Source: Marsupella aquatica
Taxonomy: Eukaryota > Plantae > Marchantiophyta
DNA: 64,000 nucleotides
Direction: 5' to 3'
NCBI GenBank assembly: GCA_973895155.1
Contig: OZ316892.1
Coordinates: 16,296,357-16,360,356 of the forward strand
The notes beneath the pieces were generated by a model. It was not told where the DNA came from. It saw only the letters and a list, made by a program, of their open reading frames with translations, and did no database searches. Positions 36,642 to 49,668 of the stretch are shown here, one piece after another. The position numbers and the translations under genes are program-made. Positions within the stretch are counted from its first letter, which is position 1. Every line of letters starts with the position of its first letter.

Positions 36642-38266
36642 AGGGCTACCTTAGGGAAAGAATTGCAAGAAGCCCGGATTGAGTTAGAAGACGCCCAGAA
36701 GGAGCCGGAGGAGGCGCGCAAGGACCTGGATGACACCCAAGAGGAGTTGGAGGAAAGCACGAGGAAGATGGAGAACTTACAGCGGCGGGCCAACAACCAA
36801 ACGGAGCGGTTGAAGAAACAAGCCGCAGTATTTAAGTGCTTGGCTTCATCAAGTCCAACTCAATTGGGGCAACCCAGTTGCCAGGGGTAGTACCGGCCGA
36901 AGGACAAGCCAAGACACTCACCCCGGTGCCGGAGGTAAGTGGCAAGGGAACCGGCTGTCGAAACAGGGAAGAAGAAGAAGCGGAAACCTTCTGGGTCTGG
37001 GAGTTATACGGCTTCTCAAGCCGTTGTGCCCGAGAAGGTAAACACGGCACCAACCTCCGGCATCAAAACGGCGGTGGATCCATCGGTCCTAGGAAGTGGG
37101 GATGGCAAGGCCGAGGCTGGGACAACCAGTAATGAAGCCGAGGTACCGGATCCTCCACTAGAACATGCCGGGAAGGCCGTAACCGTATCGGAGGCCATGG
37201 CCGAGGCCGAAGCCGAGGGTGGACCGAGTCAGGCCGATGAAGAGTTGACTCGGTCCGGGGCAGGTAATCTATGAGAGGACGGACCAACGGCAGTGGTTGA
37301 GGAGGAAGCATTAGGAGCGTCCATTGAGGATCCGCCACCGGTGTCGTGACGGTGCAAGGGCGCCGTTCCTTTTAGGGAGGGCGGACGTGGAGGTAGGAAG
37401 TGTGAGTGGGCAGGACGGGCGCTGATCTCCAAGTTTAGACTTAGGATCAGGACCAAGAGACAGTCCTGACACTTAGATTAGTGGGATTGCGGATCCACGG
37501 GTAAGGGCAACACTTGTGCTCCTGCCTCGCTGTACATAGGTAGATTACAGTTAGGTAGATTACAGATAGGTAGATTAGGCTTACGCTGCAAGGAATCAGG
37601 CGGATCCACAGCCAGGATAAGTACCTGGGCTGCGGGGAGTTAAGGGCCTCTTCTTTAGCAAGTTTTAGTTGCACCAGCAGGGCTGGGATCAAGTAGTAAG
37701 AGAAGCTCTCGGTTAGTTATACAGTGACCCTTGTGTATATTCATGTTTCCTCATGCCTAAGAGCTGAATAGAGTTGGCCTCACGGCTTAGTTCGCAGAGC
37801 TTGTGTATGAGATGTACTGTTTGTATGGCAAGTGCATGGTATAACTCAGTCAGAAGGAGTCATTTTGCTATTTGTGTGTCGCATTAACTTGTGTGAAGAG
37901 TGCCCACATCGACTAATATAGAGAAGGGAAGCAAGCAAGGGAGTGAGAGTTGGATGTGTCGAGCTGAGAGAGGTCTTAGCGGCTTAACCAAGCCAATTGG
38001 GGATCATTCCGGCGGCGGAATCCAAATATACCTAAAGAAAGTGAGGAGAAGACAAGGGAAGGCCTAGATTAGGCCGACTTCGTATCTCATGACCCGATGA
38101 AGGATCTGTCCAGTATATGTGTATAAAATGTTAATAGTAGTAGTAGAGGATTAGCAGCGTCCCATGCCGCTAAGCCGCGGAAACGGCCTCGCCGAGGATG
38201 AAACCTGCGGGAATCGGCTTGTGCAGGGGGGTTTCTTGGGTTTGGGGAGTCATGGGACGCACCACA
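36642..38266 (+). mobile_element. Family-A LTR, copy 1, right part (end of the LTR ORF to ~37349, then noncoding LTR end)
   Basis: Continues ...ERATL.KEL, as at 55352. Ends gggacgcaccaca, matching the solo LTR end at 55772 on the reverse strand. No PBS follows. Confidence 0.88.
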
Positions 38267-38336
38267 AAAACCCTTAGCATGAGGAAAAAAAGAGAAAATC
38301 AGCCTATTCATTAAAAGTGTATTATTATTTGATTTA

Positions 38337-38661
38337 TGTACATTTGGGCAATGAAAAGTGTACTTTTGGGCTTGGAAAAGTGTACATTTGGCCAATGAAA
38401 AGTGTACATTTGGGGATAGAAAAATGTACAATTGGCCCAAAGAGTGTACATTTGGGCAATGAAAAGTGTAAATTTGAACATCAAAATAGGTACATTTGGC
38501 TTTAAAAGTGTACATTTGAGTACATTTGGCCTAGAAAGTGTACATTTGAGTGAAAAATGCATACATTTGGCTTAAAAAGTGTACATTTAAGTGCATTTGG
38601 TCTAGAAAGTGTAACTTTTAATGCAACAAAGTGTACATTTGGCCTAAAAAGTGTACATTTG
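38337..38661 (+). repeat. Left subterminal ~22-bp repeats (AAAAGTGTACATTTGG core)
   Basis: More than ten degenerate copies are visible directly. Confidence 0.9.
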
Positions 38662-38912
38662 CCTACCAACTCTTCTTATAATCATTTAAAAGAAAGGAAT
38701 GAATAGAAAAATATTTTTAATTATGTAGAAAAAGCAAACATTCATATTCATAATGATCAAAAGTTTAGAAAATGAGGAGATAGTATCAAATTAAAACTAT
38801 TAGAATAGTAAATAACTAGTACGTAAATTACTATGTTTGAATGAGTGACTATCTTAGTTACATAAAAACTAGTAACTATCTATTTAATTATTATAGCTTC
38901 TAACAACTAAGT

Positions 38913-41900
38913 CTACTTGTCCATCCTTTGAAGATAATTTTGGACAGTTTGTAGAACATTTCGAGGGATCTTCAAACCTCTGCCCGCCATGTTTTCTTCT
39001 TTCATTCCAGATTTAAAACCATACATTACAGAATTTGCATACTGCCAATGTTGAGTATTCTCACCAAACCCTAGATCTCGTTCCCAGTGGACATGAAACA
39101 ATTTAGATACCGCGCACTCTCAGTCACATCAAGTTTAGAGTGTTTAGGCCTCCACCATTCAACTGGGAACATTGGAGCGTACTGTCGAGGCAGAGAAGGG
39201 TTTGTTGAAGATGTAGTTGGGACTTCATGCTTTGGGTCCACCAAACCCAAAGCTCTCACCAACCAGAAATGACCTCCACCATTTTTATTCTCCCAATCAT
39301 CCTCGGGTCGAAGAAATACAAAGTTTCCTTCACAAATATCCTGTAAAGGAATCCATCGTCCTTGTTCTCTCTCAGCTCGAGATCCAACAAATGGTGTTGC
39401 TTGATCTTCCATCTCTTCCAAGACCTCATTTTGAAGAGCCGTTATCTCTGCATTCTCCTCATCTTCACTTGGAGGACCACTTTGTTCCGGTTGGTTGACC
39501 TTGTAACCAGTGCCGTGGTTAGTCTTAGGCCAAAATCTGTTTTTCAAGGGAAATTGAGTACTTCCCTCCCCTTCTAGTGCGAGCCCATTTGTCAACAACT
39601 TCACAATTCTCTCCCAATATTTCACAAGAGGAAATCTTTCCTTATATGCTATAGATGTCTCATCAGTGCAACTCCTTCTCAAAAATTCAAGGTACTTGTT
39701 AAGAAATGGGATAATCTCTTCAGATTTTTTGTGTATCTCTCCAATGGATTTAGCTAAGGGCTCTCCACTAGGTAAAAGAAGAGAATTTGTTGTCAGATCT
39801 GTTGCCCAAATGCACCTTCCACCAACTGGAGCCCAAGCTTGCTTTACATGGGACTTATACTGAAATATTGGTACATTATCTCTCATAGAGAAAAGAAATG
39901 ATACAGGTTTTGAGTGACCTTGAATATCTTTCACCTTGAAAGTTTGAAGATATTCTTTGTAAGATGCAACTTCTTGTATCAATCTGGGAACTGGATGAAT
40001 GCTCTCGCATTCCCATACCTCTGCCATAAGAGCAAGGAGGGTTGCAACTTCTTTGTGCTGAACTTGATATGATACCTTTGAAAAGAGTGCATCAACATCT
40101 TCGTGCGTATGACCAACCATTAGAAAAGACATTTGAACAGTTTCAAATACTCCTCTACTCACAAGCTCGCTACAAAATGCCATGACAGTCTGGTTTTTGT
40201 TGTCCTTTGCTGAATTATCCATCTGCAATGTTAGGTGCCTTGGCAAGGGCTTGAACGATGGACTGCCTTGCTCTCCTTGCATGTCTTCTCCTTCATCCTC
40301 ATCTTGTTGGTTTGGGACGGTCTCAGTCCGACTCTCAGCTCCATCTTCAGAACCAATATACCTATTCATCGGTATATTCTTTGGTTCCAAATAACCCGTC
40401 AAAAATGCTTCAAAGTCAAGTAGGGCTTGAAAGAAAGGTCTGTGAGGTTCCCAATGAAGGCCATCCAACATGTCACCTGTCTTGTCTCCATTGTACTCTT
40501 CAAGGTCTCAAAGACACTTAGCCAAGGATGTCACTGTGAAATCGGCATCTCCTGGCCAAAGGCCAGTGACACTAAAGTGTGCATAAACTCTTGGATCCCT
40601 CCCGTGGGTCAACATCCCTGTGAGAGCAATAGGTAGCGGCATTCCATGACCCGAAAGAGATTTAGGAGTACTAACCATTTTTGGAATCCATGTCTTTGCT
40701 TGATCCATCTTGTCGTGAATAATGCAAAGATATTCTCCTGGGTGTTGTTTGGCCATCACTCGATGAGCGTAGTAAACATATCTACGTGACATTTGCTCAT
40801 GAAGATGTTGCGCTCGCTTTTCTTCAATTTGAGCACGTTCTTTTTTCCTTCTTTCTCGCATCAAACTGTCTTGTATTCACAACAAAGAGTACACTTGGCA
40901 AATGCACCATCTTTATGAAAACTAAAGTTTGCAAATGAGTTGCTCCAGATCTTGTAGAGAGTATTCTCTATGACAGGAGGAAGCCCTTCTTCCTTCATCT
41001 TTGTTCTCACATCTTCCAGAATCTCTAGCTTCTTGTAACACGCCGGAAGACGGTACTCAGTAGAGTCTGTCCCATGTGCCCCTCCATAAGGCATATGAGG
41101 CATGGGCTCTGCATTTCGAGTCAAAAAATCCTCCAACAGAGCTCGTGCATGCAAGGTATTTGCCCTTGTTTTCATCAAGCCCGTATTGCCATGGAACCCA
41201 ATTTTGCAACCCTCCACATATCTCCTTTTGTAATCATAATATTTGGTGTGGCTAAAACCGTGGATAATTGCAAATGCATGTCTGCATACGACCATACCCT
41301 TAAGAACATGGTGTCCCTTATCACGAACATCATCCTCTCTATAGTGAAAGAGGTTGAAAATGTGTGACGTTTTTGACTCGCTTGACATCCCATGAAATTC
41401 CATCCTAATATCTTCGATGTTTTCCCTTGGCATAATGAGACAACATTTTTGCTTGCAACAATTTTCTCTTTTCACGTCATCAATTGACGCCTCTGTTGTT
41501 TTTGAAATTGCCTTGGTTTCCAACAACCTCCTCTTCTTTTCATTAGGATCTACTTGATTCCTCTTGTTGAAATTGTACGGCCTTGAACACAGTACTCCTC
41601 TATCACTTACATCCGCATTGAGTTCATCCCTATCCATTGAGTCCATCCTCTCAGAACCTTCCACCAAAATGTCTGACAAAAATTTTCCATTTGCAACTAG
41701 TTTTGTTGAATCAATCCGCCATCGAATCAAACTCACTACTCCCTTGTGGATGTTGGGAAAGTATTGTGCTGCCACGACATCTTTCACAGCAATCCCAACA
41801 TGGTCATCACCAAGAATTTCATCATCAACTGCTGCTGTCACTTGAGGGACAGTGATCGTTCCAGTGGCAACCATTTTGGTTCGATCCAAACCAGTGTAGA

Positions 41901-42684
41901 GTTCAACCAACTCTGACATCCAGTTTGCCCGATGAAAATAGTCACACCTAGTGTCCGTGGTGTTCGCCAAACAAGACTGTGAAACAAAATTTGCCTTGTC
42001 CTTCTGCTTCTTAGAGGAAGATTTGTTGCTCCCATCAATATCAACATTCCATACTTTATTGTGGACGTCAACCACATCCCATAGAACCCAGGAGCCCTTT
42101 GCCTCTTCAATTGTTGTAGCTCCACCATGTGCGTAAGGTAAAGTCTTACTACCATGGATCACATCTGTGACTTTTACACTAACCCGAGACTCACCGAGTA
42201 ATATGTTATGACATCTCTCCATTGGATCGATCTTGAAAACAACTCCAAAGGCCACACAATGGCCAGAGATAAACATTTCAACCTCATCGCCTGGCCTTAG
42301 GGTGGTCGAAGCATCCTCCTCTACATTTGCAAAATTATGGATGTTGTTATCTTTTTGAGTCGAACAACTACCAATACTGATGCGTTTTTGAGTAATCTTA
42401 TCCGCAGATCGATATGCACATGACATATCCCAAATGACACATGAGTCAATGGCATCATGAAGATTTTCTGCCCTAGGCATTGGAAAAGGGAGCTTCCTAG
42501 TCTCACCAAAGGCCTTCTCAATGAGAACCCCAATTCGATTCTCTCCCAGCACAATATTTTGAACACTCTCTCGCGGATCTGTCTTTTGAACTGTCCCATT
42601 TCCAACGTCGTAACCATCGATTGTCAAGGTAACATCATCGCCCCTAGAAAACCTTTGAGACATCCTTTTCCTATTTTCCTGCAC
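38913..42684 (-). pseudogene. Sola-like DDD transposase with three N-terminal En/Spm-TNP1-like repeats; frameshifted
   Basis: Motifs CCKQKC, VCRHAFAIIHG, FAKCTLC, IIHDKMDQAK, LQMDNSAKDNKN and FLMVGHTHEDVDALFS. Frameshifts near 40862 and 39095; TGA at 40508. Confidence 0.75.
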
Positions 42685-42749
42685 ACTGAAAAAAATGGAT
42701 TAAAACCAACCTCATGCAAATTTTGATTCAGACTACTATCCTCCAATTT

Positions 42750-43565
42750 CGGATTTGGACTAGGACCATCCGAGTTCGGATTTGCACCGGGACCATCCAA
42801 GTCTAGATTAGGACTGCAATCCTCCGAGTCTAGATTTGGACTACGATCCTCCGATTCTGGATTTGGCCTGGGACCATCCGAGTCTGGATTTGGACCGGGA
42901 CCATCCAAGTCTAGATTTGGACTGCAATCCTCCGAGTCTGGATTTGGACTACAATCCTCCGATTCTGGATTTGGATTGGGACCATCTGAGTCCGGATTTG
43001 GACCGGGACCATCCAAGTCCGGATTTGGACTGCAATCCTTTGAGTCTGGATTTGGACTACAATCCTCCGATTCTGGATTTGGACTGGGACCATCCCAGTC
43101 CAAGGTTGGACTAGGACCATCCCAATCCAAACTAGGACTTGGACCATCCCAATCCAAACTAGGACTTGGACCATCCCAATCCAAACTAGGACTCGGACCA
43201 TCCCAATCTAAACTAGGACTTGGACCATCCCAATCCAAACTTGGACTCGGACCATCCCAATCCAAACTAGGACTTAGACCATCCAAGTCCAAACTAGGAC
43301 TCGGACCATCCCAATCCAAACTTGGACTCGGACCATCCTAATCCAAACTTGGACTCGGACCATCCAAGTTCAAACTTGGACTCGGATGATCCCAATCCAA
43401 AGTTGGACTCGGACCATCCCAATCCAAACTAGGACTTGGACCATCCAAGTTCAAACTTGGACTCGTATGATCCCAATCCAAAGTTGGACTCAGATGATCC
43501 CAAATGAATGCAAACTTGGACTAGGACCATCAGAATCCAAACTTGGACTAGGACCATCCTAGACC
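42750..43565. repeat. 27-bp tandem array of the palindrome TTGGAYTNGGA-CCA-TCCNARTCCAA
   Basis: Unit such as ggactcggaccatcccaatccaaactt, about 30 copies. Lies between a minus-strand GTGAGT donor (43766) and a polypyrimidine-CAG acceptor (~42680). Confidence 0.92.
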
Positions 43566-44099
43566 AACCCATGATGTAATGGGAGATAAACTTCAAACAT
43601 CTTAAGCTAAGAAAAATCCAAATTTAGGAAGACCCCGTATTTTACGGATCTCCCTAGATATGGTGTAGCCTAAAGTTTGCGTGGTCTTAAGGCAGACCCT
43701 AATGTCTACATACAGTTTCATGAAATAATGGAACCTTATATTTGAATGCATTAACCTTATACTCACCTTAGTATTAAGATCTGGTAGAAGATGAATATCA
43801 CATCCAAGGGGTATACATTGTTGTTTGAATAATGGTAAAAACTTCCCAGAAGCTTGAAATACAAGCTATATGCCACTAAATCTTGGGAGTAAAAAACAAA
43901 CTGAACCCTAAACCACACATGTCTGTAAAAGATAAACTGAGAGGACTCCAAAAGTCAAGAAGCTGGCTAAGCTGACCCAATGAAGGTAAGTGGCTCAATA
44001 CATAACACTTTAAGAGAAACTCCACTCCGGATTACATGGAGCTTAGATTTGGGAAACTAGAACAAGAATGAGCTCCGAAGTGGGCGTCTCCCAAATTAT

Positions 44100-44614
44100 A
44101 CCCTTTGCTCGAGTCGGCTCAACCGGAAATCGCGTGAAGATAAGGGTTGAGTACGCGTTCACCTTAGCTTGCGGACACACCTTATCTTCACGAGCCTATT
44201 TGCGCGGGGACTACCATGGAAGGCTGTTAGGTAGGTAGGACATCAAGGAAGGAGGCCGTATGCAAGGTGAGGGCAACGGGCCGTACGCCATAGCAGGCCG
44301 TATGCAGTAGAAGGAGGCAACCGGCCGTACACAGGCCGGGGTGAGGCAGTAGGGGGTAAAGGGACGGAGAGGTCCAGCCAGGACCTCATTCTCATTCTCT
44401 CACTCCTCGCTCTCTCGCTCTCTCGCTCTCCTCTTGCTCTCCTCCTCACTCTCTTGCTCTCCTTGCTCTCCGCTCTCTCTCCGCTGTTCGTTCTCTCTCT
44501 GCCTCCCCGCCTCCGCCTGCCTCCGCCTTCCACCTTCCACCTCCATTCTTTTTTATTGCCCTAGATCGGACGCCTGCTAAGATGCCACGTGTCACGCTGC
44601 CACGTGTTAGAAAG
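44100..44614. promoter_or_regulatory. Probable divergent promoter region between the transposase and the ParB-MTase gene
   Basis: GC-rich, with a CT-rich tract at 44387-44550, two GCCACGTG G-box/ABRE motifs (44584, 44599) and a 13-bp inverted repeat (44133-44145 / 44180-44192). Confidence 0.45.
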
Positions 44615-47600
44615 ATGGAAGCGAATCGCGTCCTTGTGATGTCCTACATGGAAGAAACGGAGGAGTTTGACCTCTCCTCTATGAGCGACAGTGTGGAACT
44701 TGCACTCGAAGACTCTAGACAATTTCAATCACGAATCCCTAGTAAGTATCTATCACCTATCCTCCCTAAGTCTTAGAGGACTGGGACCATCCGAGTCCAA
44801 ACTTGGACTCAGACCATCCCAATCCAAACTTGGACTCGGATGATCCCAATCCAAAGTTGGACTCGGACCATCCCAATCCAAACTTGGACTCGGATGATCC
44901 CAATCCAAAGTTGGACTCGGACCATCCCAATCCAAACTTGGACTCGGATGATCCTAATCCATCTGGGAGATTGAATCCCGATTGTAGGAGCAAGTCTAAA
45001 ACCATCTCAAGTTGGACTAGGACCATCCTAATCCAACAAGAGTTATTCGAATGTTTTAAAGGTTTCAAGTCTAACATGGATGACGTTTATGATGCAGGGA
45101 GTGATCTTGTTGTTTTCAAACCCGTGATTGCACCGACCCACTGCCTGGACGGATTCTTACTAGATGAGAGATCCCCACGCTTTCGATGGGGGCTTGAGTT
45201 CTCAAGAACCCCGCTTAATAATGAAGTGCCATCAACCACGATTGAACCTGTTTTGACCTTAAAGTGCAGAGAAAATGATAGCCTGACTTTTGTTTGCGGA
45301 CCTGTGGTCTCTATTGGCATTGGAGGGAGAGGGATGAATACGGTCATTCTCGAGATGCATGATAAGTCCTATTGGGTTAAAGTTAACCTTCTGTCAAAGG
45401 CATACTCCTCTGAATTCAATGTCGAATGGCACGCAAGTGGGGAATTGAGCATTTTGTCAATGGGATTTTTTCCAAAGACCTATGACACAAAGAAGTTGGT
45501 TGCCGGGGTAACTGGTATGCTTCCAGTCGACATTATGTATGGGTTTCAATATTTGAAACTCAACATGATGAAGCACCAAGGCAATTTTTCTTTTGCAACT
45601 ACCTGGACGTTAAGCAATTTACTTGAGAAAGCTGGATTGTTATCGTTGGAGTCGGAGGAGCCTGGTGTTTTAATTGATAAGGATGTTGCATTTGCTCCCA
45701 AGTTTGATTTAGTCAAAGCAAAGCAATGGATAGAATCTTTGTCCAAGATGAGAAAGCTTCCAGCGGTGAATACAAACCCTGTGCCCGAGAAAGCGCCAGA
45801 GAAAGCTCCAGAACCTACAACAGAGACCGCGGGAACTACAGCAGCGACCTCTCAAAGAGCAGTGGGAAGACGAAAACAAAGCCAAAGGAAACCTCCGGTT
45901 GAGAAGAAACTTCCGGTTGAGAAGCCGAGTACGAGAAGCCGAGTTGACAAGCCAGTTGACAAGCCAGTTGACAAGCCGAGTACGAGAAGCCGAGTTGAGA
46001 AGCCAGTTGAGAAGAAACGTCCGGTTGAGAAGCCGAGTGCAAGTGAAAAGAGACCAAGACAGAAGAAGAAACAGAAAATTGATAGTGCCATCATGGATGA
46101 CACTACAAAAAACCTGACAGTGCATTCACAAGATGTGGACGAGCAGTTGGACGCTCCTGAGGAGAAGAAGGTCTTAGAAGGTAATGAGGTATTGCAACAA
46201 ATGGAGCAATATTATACGTTTGGGATCAATTCGATATTTTCTATTCCTGTAGACAGTATTTTCCCTGCGTCGGCAAGACTCTGTTACAGAATGTTGAATG
46301 CAGAACATGTAAAGGAGGTGGCCAATTCCATGATAAGAAATCCGGGGCATGAACCACACATAGCAGACTTGATTCCTTACACTACAAAACATAGAAACCT
46401 AATGCAGTATGACAACACAGAATCAGATAGGAGGGACTTTGTAGCAGCCGTGAAAAAGGGCGAGGTTCAATTCCTTGCCATTAGCGGTCAACATTCGGCT
46501 AGAGCAGCCAGATGGATTCGAGAATGGGCAAACAAGGATGCCAAGCTGACAGCATTGGCGAAAAAGCTGGAATTTCAAAAGTCAAGAATATTATCTCATC
46601 GAACACCATCGTCAATATTAGTTGAGCATTCAATGCGATCTAATGCGATCAATAGCACGATGGTGTTTCAGTCATGCTTCAAAGATACAGTCGTTCATGC
46701 TAGGCGACAATTTGTGGAATGTGGAAAACCTAGCCGGCCAAAACATGGGGACAACAAAACAAACGCTCAAGACAATCAAAAATTTCAGGTACGAAGTCTT
46801 ACTGCTTGATGGGTACAATACCGTAGATTCATGCACATTCAGTAGAATATTTCCACTGATATCGCCTAGTTTTGTGTTGGACCGGGATGGTCCCAGTCCA
46901 AATGGATTCATGCACATTCAATAGAATCTTTGTCCATTGATATCGTCTAGTTTTGTGTTGGATTGGGATGGTCCCAGTCCAAATGGATTCATGCACATTC
47001 AGTAGAATATTTCCACTGATATCGCCTAGTTTTGCGTTGGACTGGGATGGTCCCAGTCCAAATGGATTCATACACATTCAATAGATTATTTTTCCACTGA
47101 CACTGTCTAGTTTTGTTCTGGACTGGGATGGTCCCAGTCCAAACTAAATCATGCACATTCAATAGAATATTTCCACTGATACTGTCTAGTTCTGTGTTGG
47201 ACTGGGATGGTCTCAGTCTGCACCTGAGTGCTATCAAACAATTGAGTTATGGAGAACTAATAGACTTTCCTTTGCAATTGTAGGATTGGTTGGCTCTTGC
47301 AAGAATGACCATGGGAAGGAAAGATTGTCGAAATGTTTACTGGTTACTGTTTGCGGACGATGCTCTTTTTGAGTTATGGAGTTTGGTATGCCAGTTGTGG
47401 TTGGATGGGAAACTTCCCGATGGAGCTGGGGTAGAAGGAAATGAGAAGTCTGAAAAAGCAATTACTGTTGCCATGTTTCGTTGTTTTGATGGTGAGTTGA
47501 TCTCACAACGAGACATCACAAGAATACTGACGCGGGTGAAGTCAGGAAAGGTATTGCTAAAGAAAGATGCCTCTAATAAATCAGACATGCCATCTATAGA

Positions 47601-49668
47601 GGAGTTGGCCAAAGATGTGAAGATCGTGCGGAAACTGAAGTCCCTTATTGAAGACTACTATTGCACCAAAGATGCGGTGAATTTCCTGGCAAATACTAAT
47701 TGGGGGAAAGTAGTGGAGGTTCTTCCTACGCTAGCAATTGATTCAGAGTTCAGCAGGTGTCGAAGAGCCGTTGGCGAGGTCTATCTTGCCAACCTTTTAA
47801 AACCAAATCATACGTGGGAGAGCGCAATCTTGCCGACGGCATTGGCATTCCGCCTAGATGATATATACTGCCAGAAATTTGGCGGAGGATCACGTTCTCA
47901 GACCCTACCATGGGCTACATTTTTTAGCGACAATCTCATGAAGACCATTGATCCAGAGTCATTGCAAGAAGCTCCTCCGACCTGCCCTCTTGCCATTGTT
48001 GATTTTAGCCGGCTTCCGCAAAAACAATGGACTGAAGCAGAGATTCTTGTTCTCTTTGAATACATTGTGGAGCTTCCACAAAATCCCATGATTGTTGTGA
48101 CGATAACAGTTCATCCTGGACAACTTGCATTGAATGTCCATGGTGCCCTTCGTAAACTGGGACAAGAGAAAGCTTTGACCATTCACATTGAGTATGGGAG
48201 TTATTCTCGAGATGATCAACCGCACCCTCATGACTCATGTTGGGGTGGGGGGATTGAAGAAGTTATCTTTGCGGGGATTTCTCGAGATGAAGACGTCAAT
48301 TGGAATGAAGTTTTCAAGCCCAACTATCCAAAGCCAAAATTCTTGTATACTGCAAAGGATGTTGATTACGAAGTATGCAAGATCGACAAGGGAAAGGGGA
48401 AGGCTAAGGAATCAGATGAAGGGACACAAAACGACGACCTAAAAGTGGTTTTGGACCCGGAAGAGGCCGTCAAGATTATGAATATGGCCCCTCGATTTGA
48501 GACAGTTGGCAGTCGCGGAGGGTGGGTTAATCCTCATGCCAAACCCACGCGGATGATCCGAAGGATTATTGAATCCTTGTCAGAACCGGGAGATTTGGTT
48601 CTAGATTTTTTCTCCGGTGGCCAAGTCATGAAGACATCATTTTTTTGCGATAGGGAATGCTTTGTTTATTGTGACTCTCACTCCGAGAGGCATTTTGTGG
48701 AAGCTTTTGCTTCCTACCTTTGCGAGAGAGTTCCCTCACTTAAAGCTCATTGTGAATCACTTGCTGAAAATTCTCGACAATGGGCTACCATTGTTGCGGC
48801 TGTAGCTGTCGCTGTTGAATCCGATGGTTCTGAGTCTGAAGATGTTGCTGACAAAGTGGCTGAAGGCGTAGAGGCATCAGAGGAGGCATATGTCATGAAT
48901 TTGGATGACCGTGTTGGTCAAGGTGAGCCTTACGATGTAGATGATGATATTGGACTTGCACCAAACCGTTCATCTGGTTTAGATGACATCCCTCCGGGGC
49001 CCAATGAAGTTCAAGTTGATGATAACTTGGACAAGGATGATCCCAATCCAACAACGCCGGGAGGACAGATGGAGCAACTGGAAGGAGCAAGGGTTCATAC
49101 GTTTGATCATCTTTCTTCAACCAATCTGATCAATGAAGGCGCAACGAGGCTCGGAGATTCAAATGAAGCTGAAACTAAAGAATTGACTCGGGGGGAGACC
49201 AAGGGGGAGACTGGCGGATTGCCTGACATTCCGATCAATCCAGGAGGAAATGCATCAACAGTTGCTGACAACCAGGCAGGTGCTTCAACTTGTCCTGACA
49301 CACTCTTTTCAGCTTCTGATGACAAATTGGTGTTCGTTCGTTCACACTCGGGGAGTCCTCTTGTCCTTCCGCTCTCAAAAAAGAAAGGAAATAGAGTTGG
49401 ATCAACTGGATGGAGGTCATTGGAATGCGACGCACGATGTTACGTGTGGAAAAGTGGGCCAAATCGAGGCCAAGAAATATCATTGGATGCTGCTCATTCA
49501 ATTCTCAATAAGGAGGAGTATAAGAGTGGAGAATTGGGGTTGATAACTCCTATTTGGACTTCACCTTATTGGGTAGAACAAAGTACTTCAGATGTCAATT
49601 TTGAAATCCAACAGGAGCTTGGTGCTGACATGATTATTGATGAATACGGATCTCTTATTTTGGAATGA
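44615..49668 (+). CDS. ParB/Srx-like domain fused to a beta-class N6-adenine/N4-cytosine DNA methyltransferase-like domain (predicted exons 44615-44741, 45062-46788, 47284-49668; ~1412 aa)
   Basis: Both GT-AG introns keep the reading frame. ParB-like: IPVDSI..R.LNAEHV..VANSM..FLAISGQHS. MTase-like: FFSDNLM, LAIVDFSR, NPHAKPTRMIRRIIESLSEPGDLVLDFFSGG..DRECF. Confidence 0.75.
44777..45036. repeat. Second 27-bp palindrome array (predicted intron 1 of the ParB-MTase gene)
   Basis: Same unit as 42750-43565. Confidence 0.88.
46827..47220. repeat. Five ~79-81-bp tandem units, each with the palindrome TTGGACTGGGA-TGG-TCCCAGTCCAA (predicted intron 2)
   Basis: Units start at ~46827, 46906, 46987, 47066 and 47147. 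The core is the 27-bp-array motif in the opposite orientation. Confidence 0.9.

Noticed and set aside
36564-36890. 108-aa ORF spanning the B LTR end
   Set aside because: Chance fusion across the insertion junction, with no ATG start.
38087-38562. ORFs with KCT/PNVH/QMYT repeats
   Set aside because: They are translations of the subterminal AAAGTGTACATTTGG repeats.
42624-43341. ORFs with DWDGPSPSL / GLGPSQSKL repeats
   Set aside because: They are by-products of the 27-bp array being open in several frames, and the array sits between plausible splice signals.
46827-47220. CRISPR-like palindromic repeats with spacers
   Set aside because: The intervening sequences are themselves repeated rather than unique, there are no cas genes, and the context is a eukaryotic intron.
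44615-49668. Bacterial contamination or chimeric assembly explaining the ParB-MTase gene
   Set aside because: The gene has phase-consistent GT-AG introns, lies inside TIRs, and shares its repeat motif with the neighbouring transposase region.
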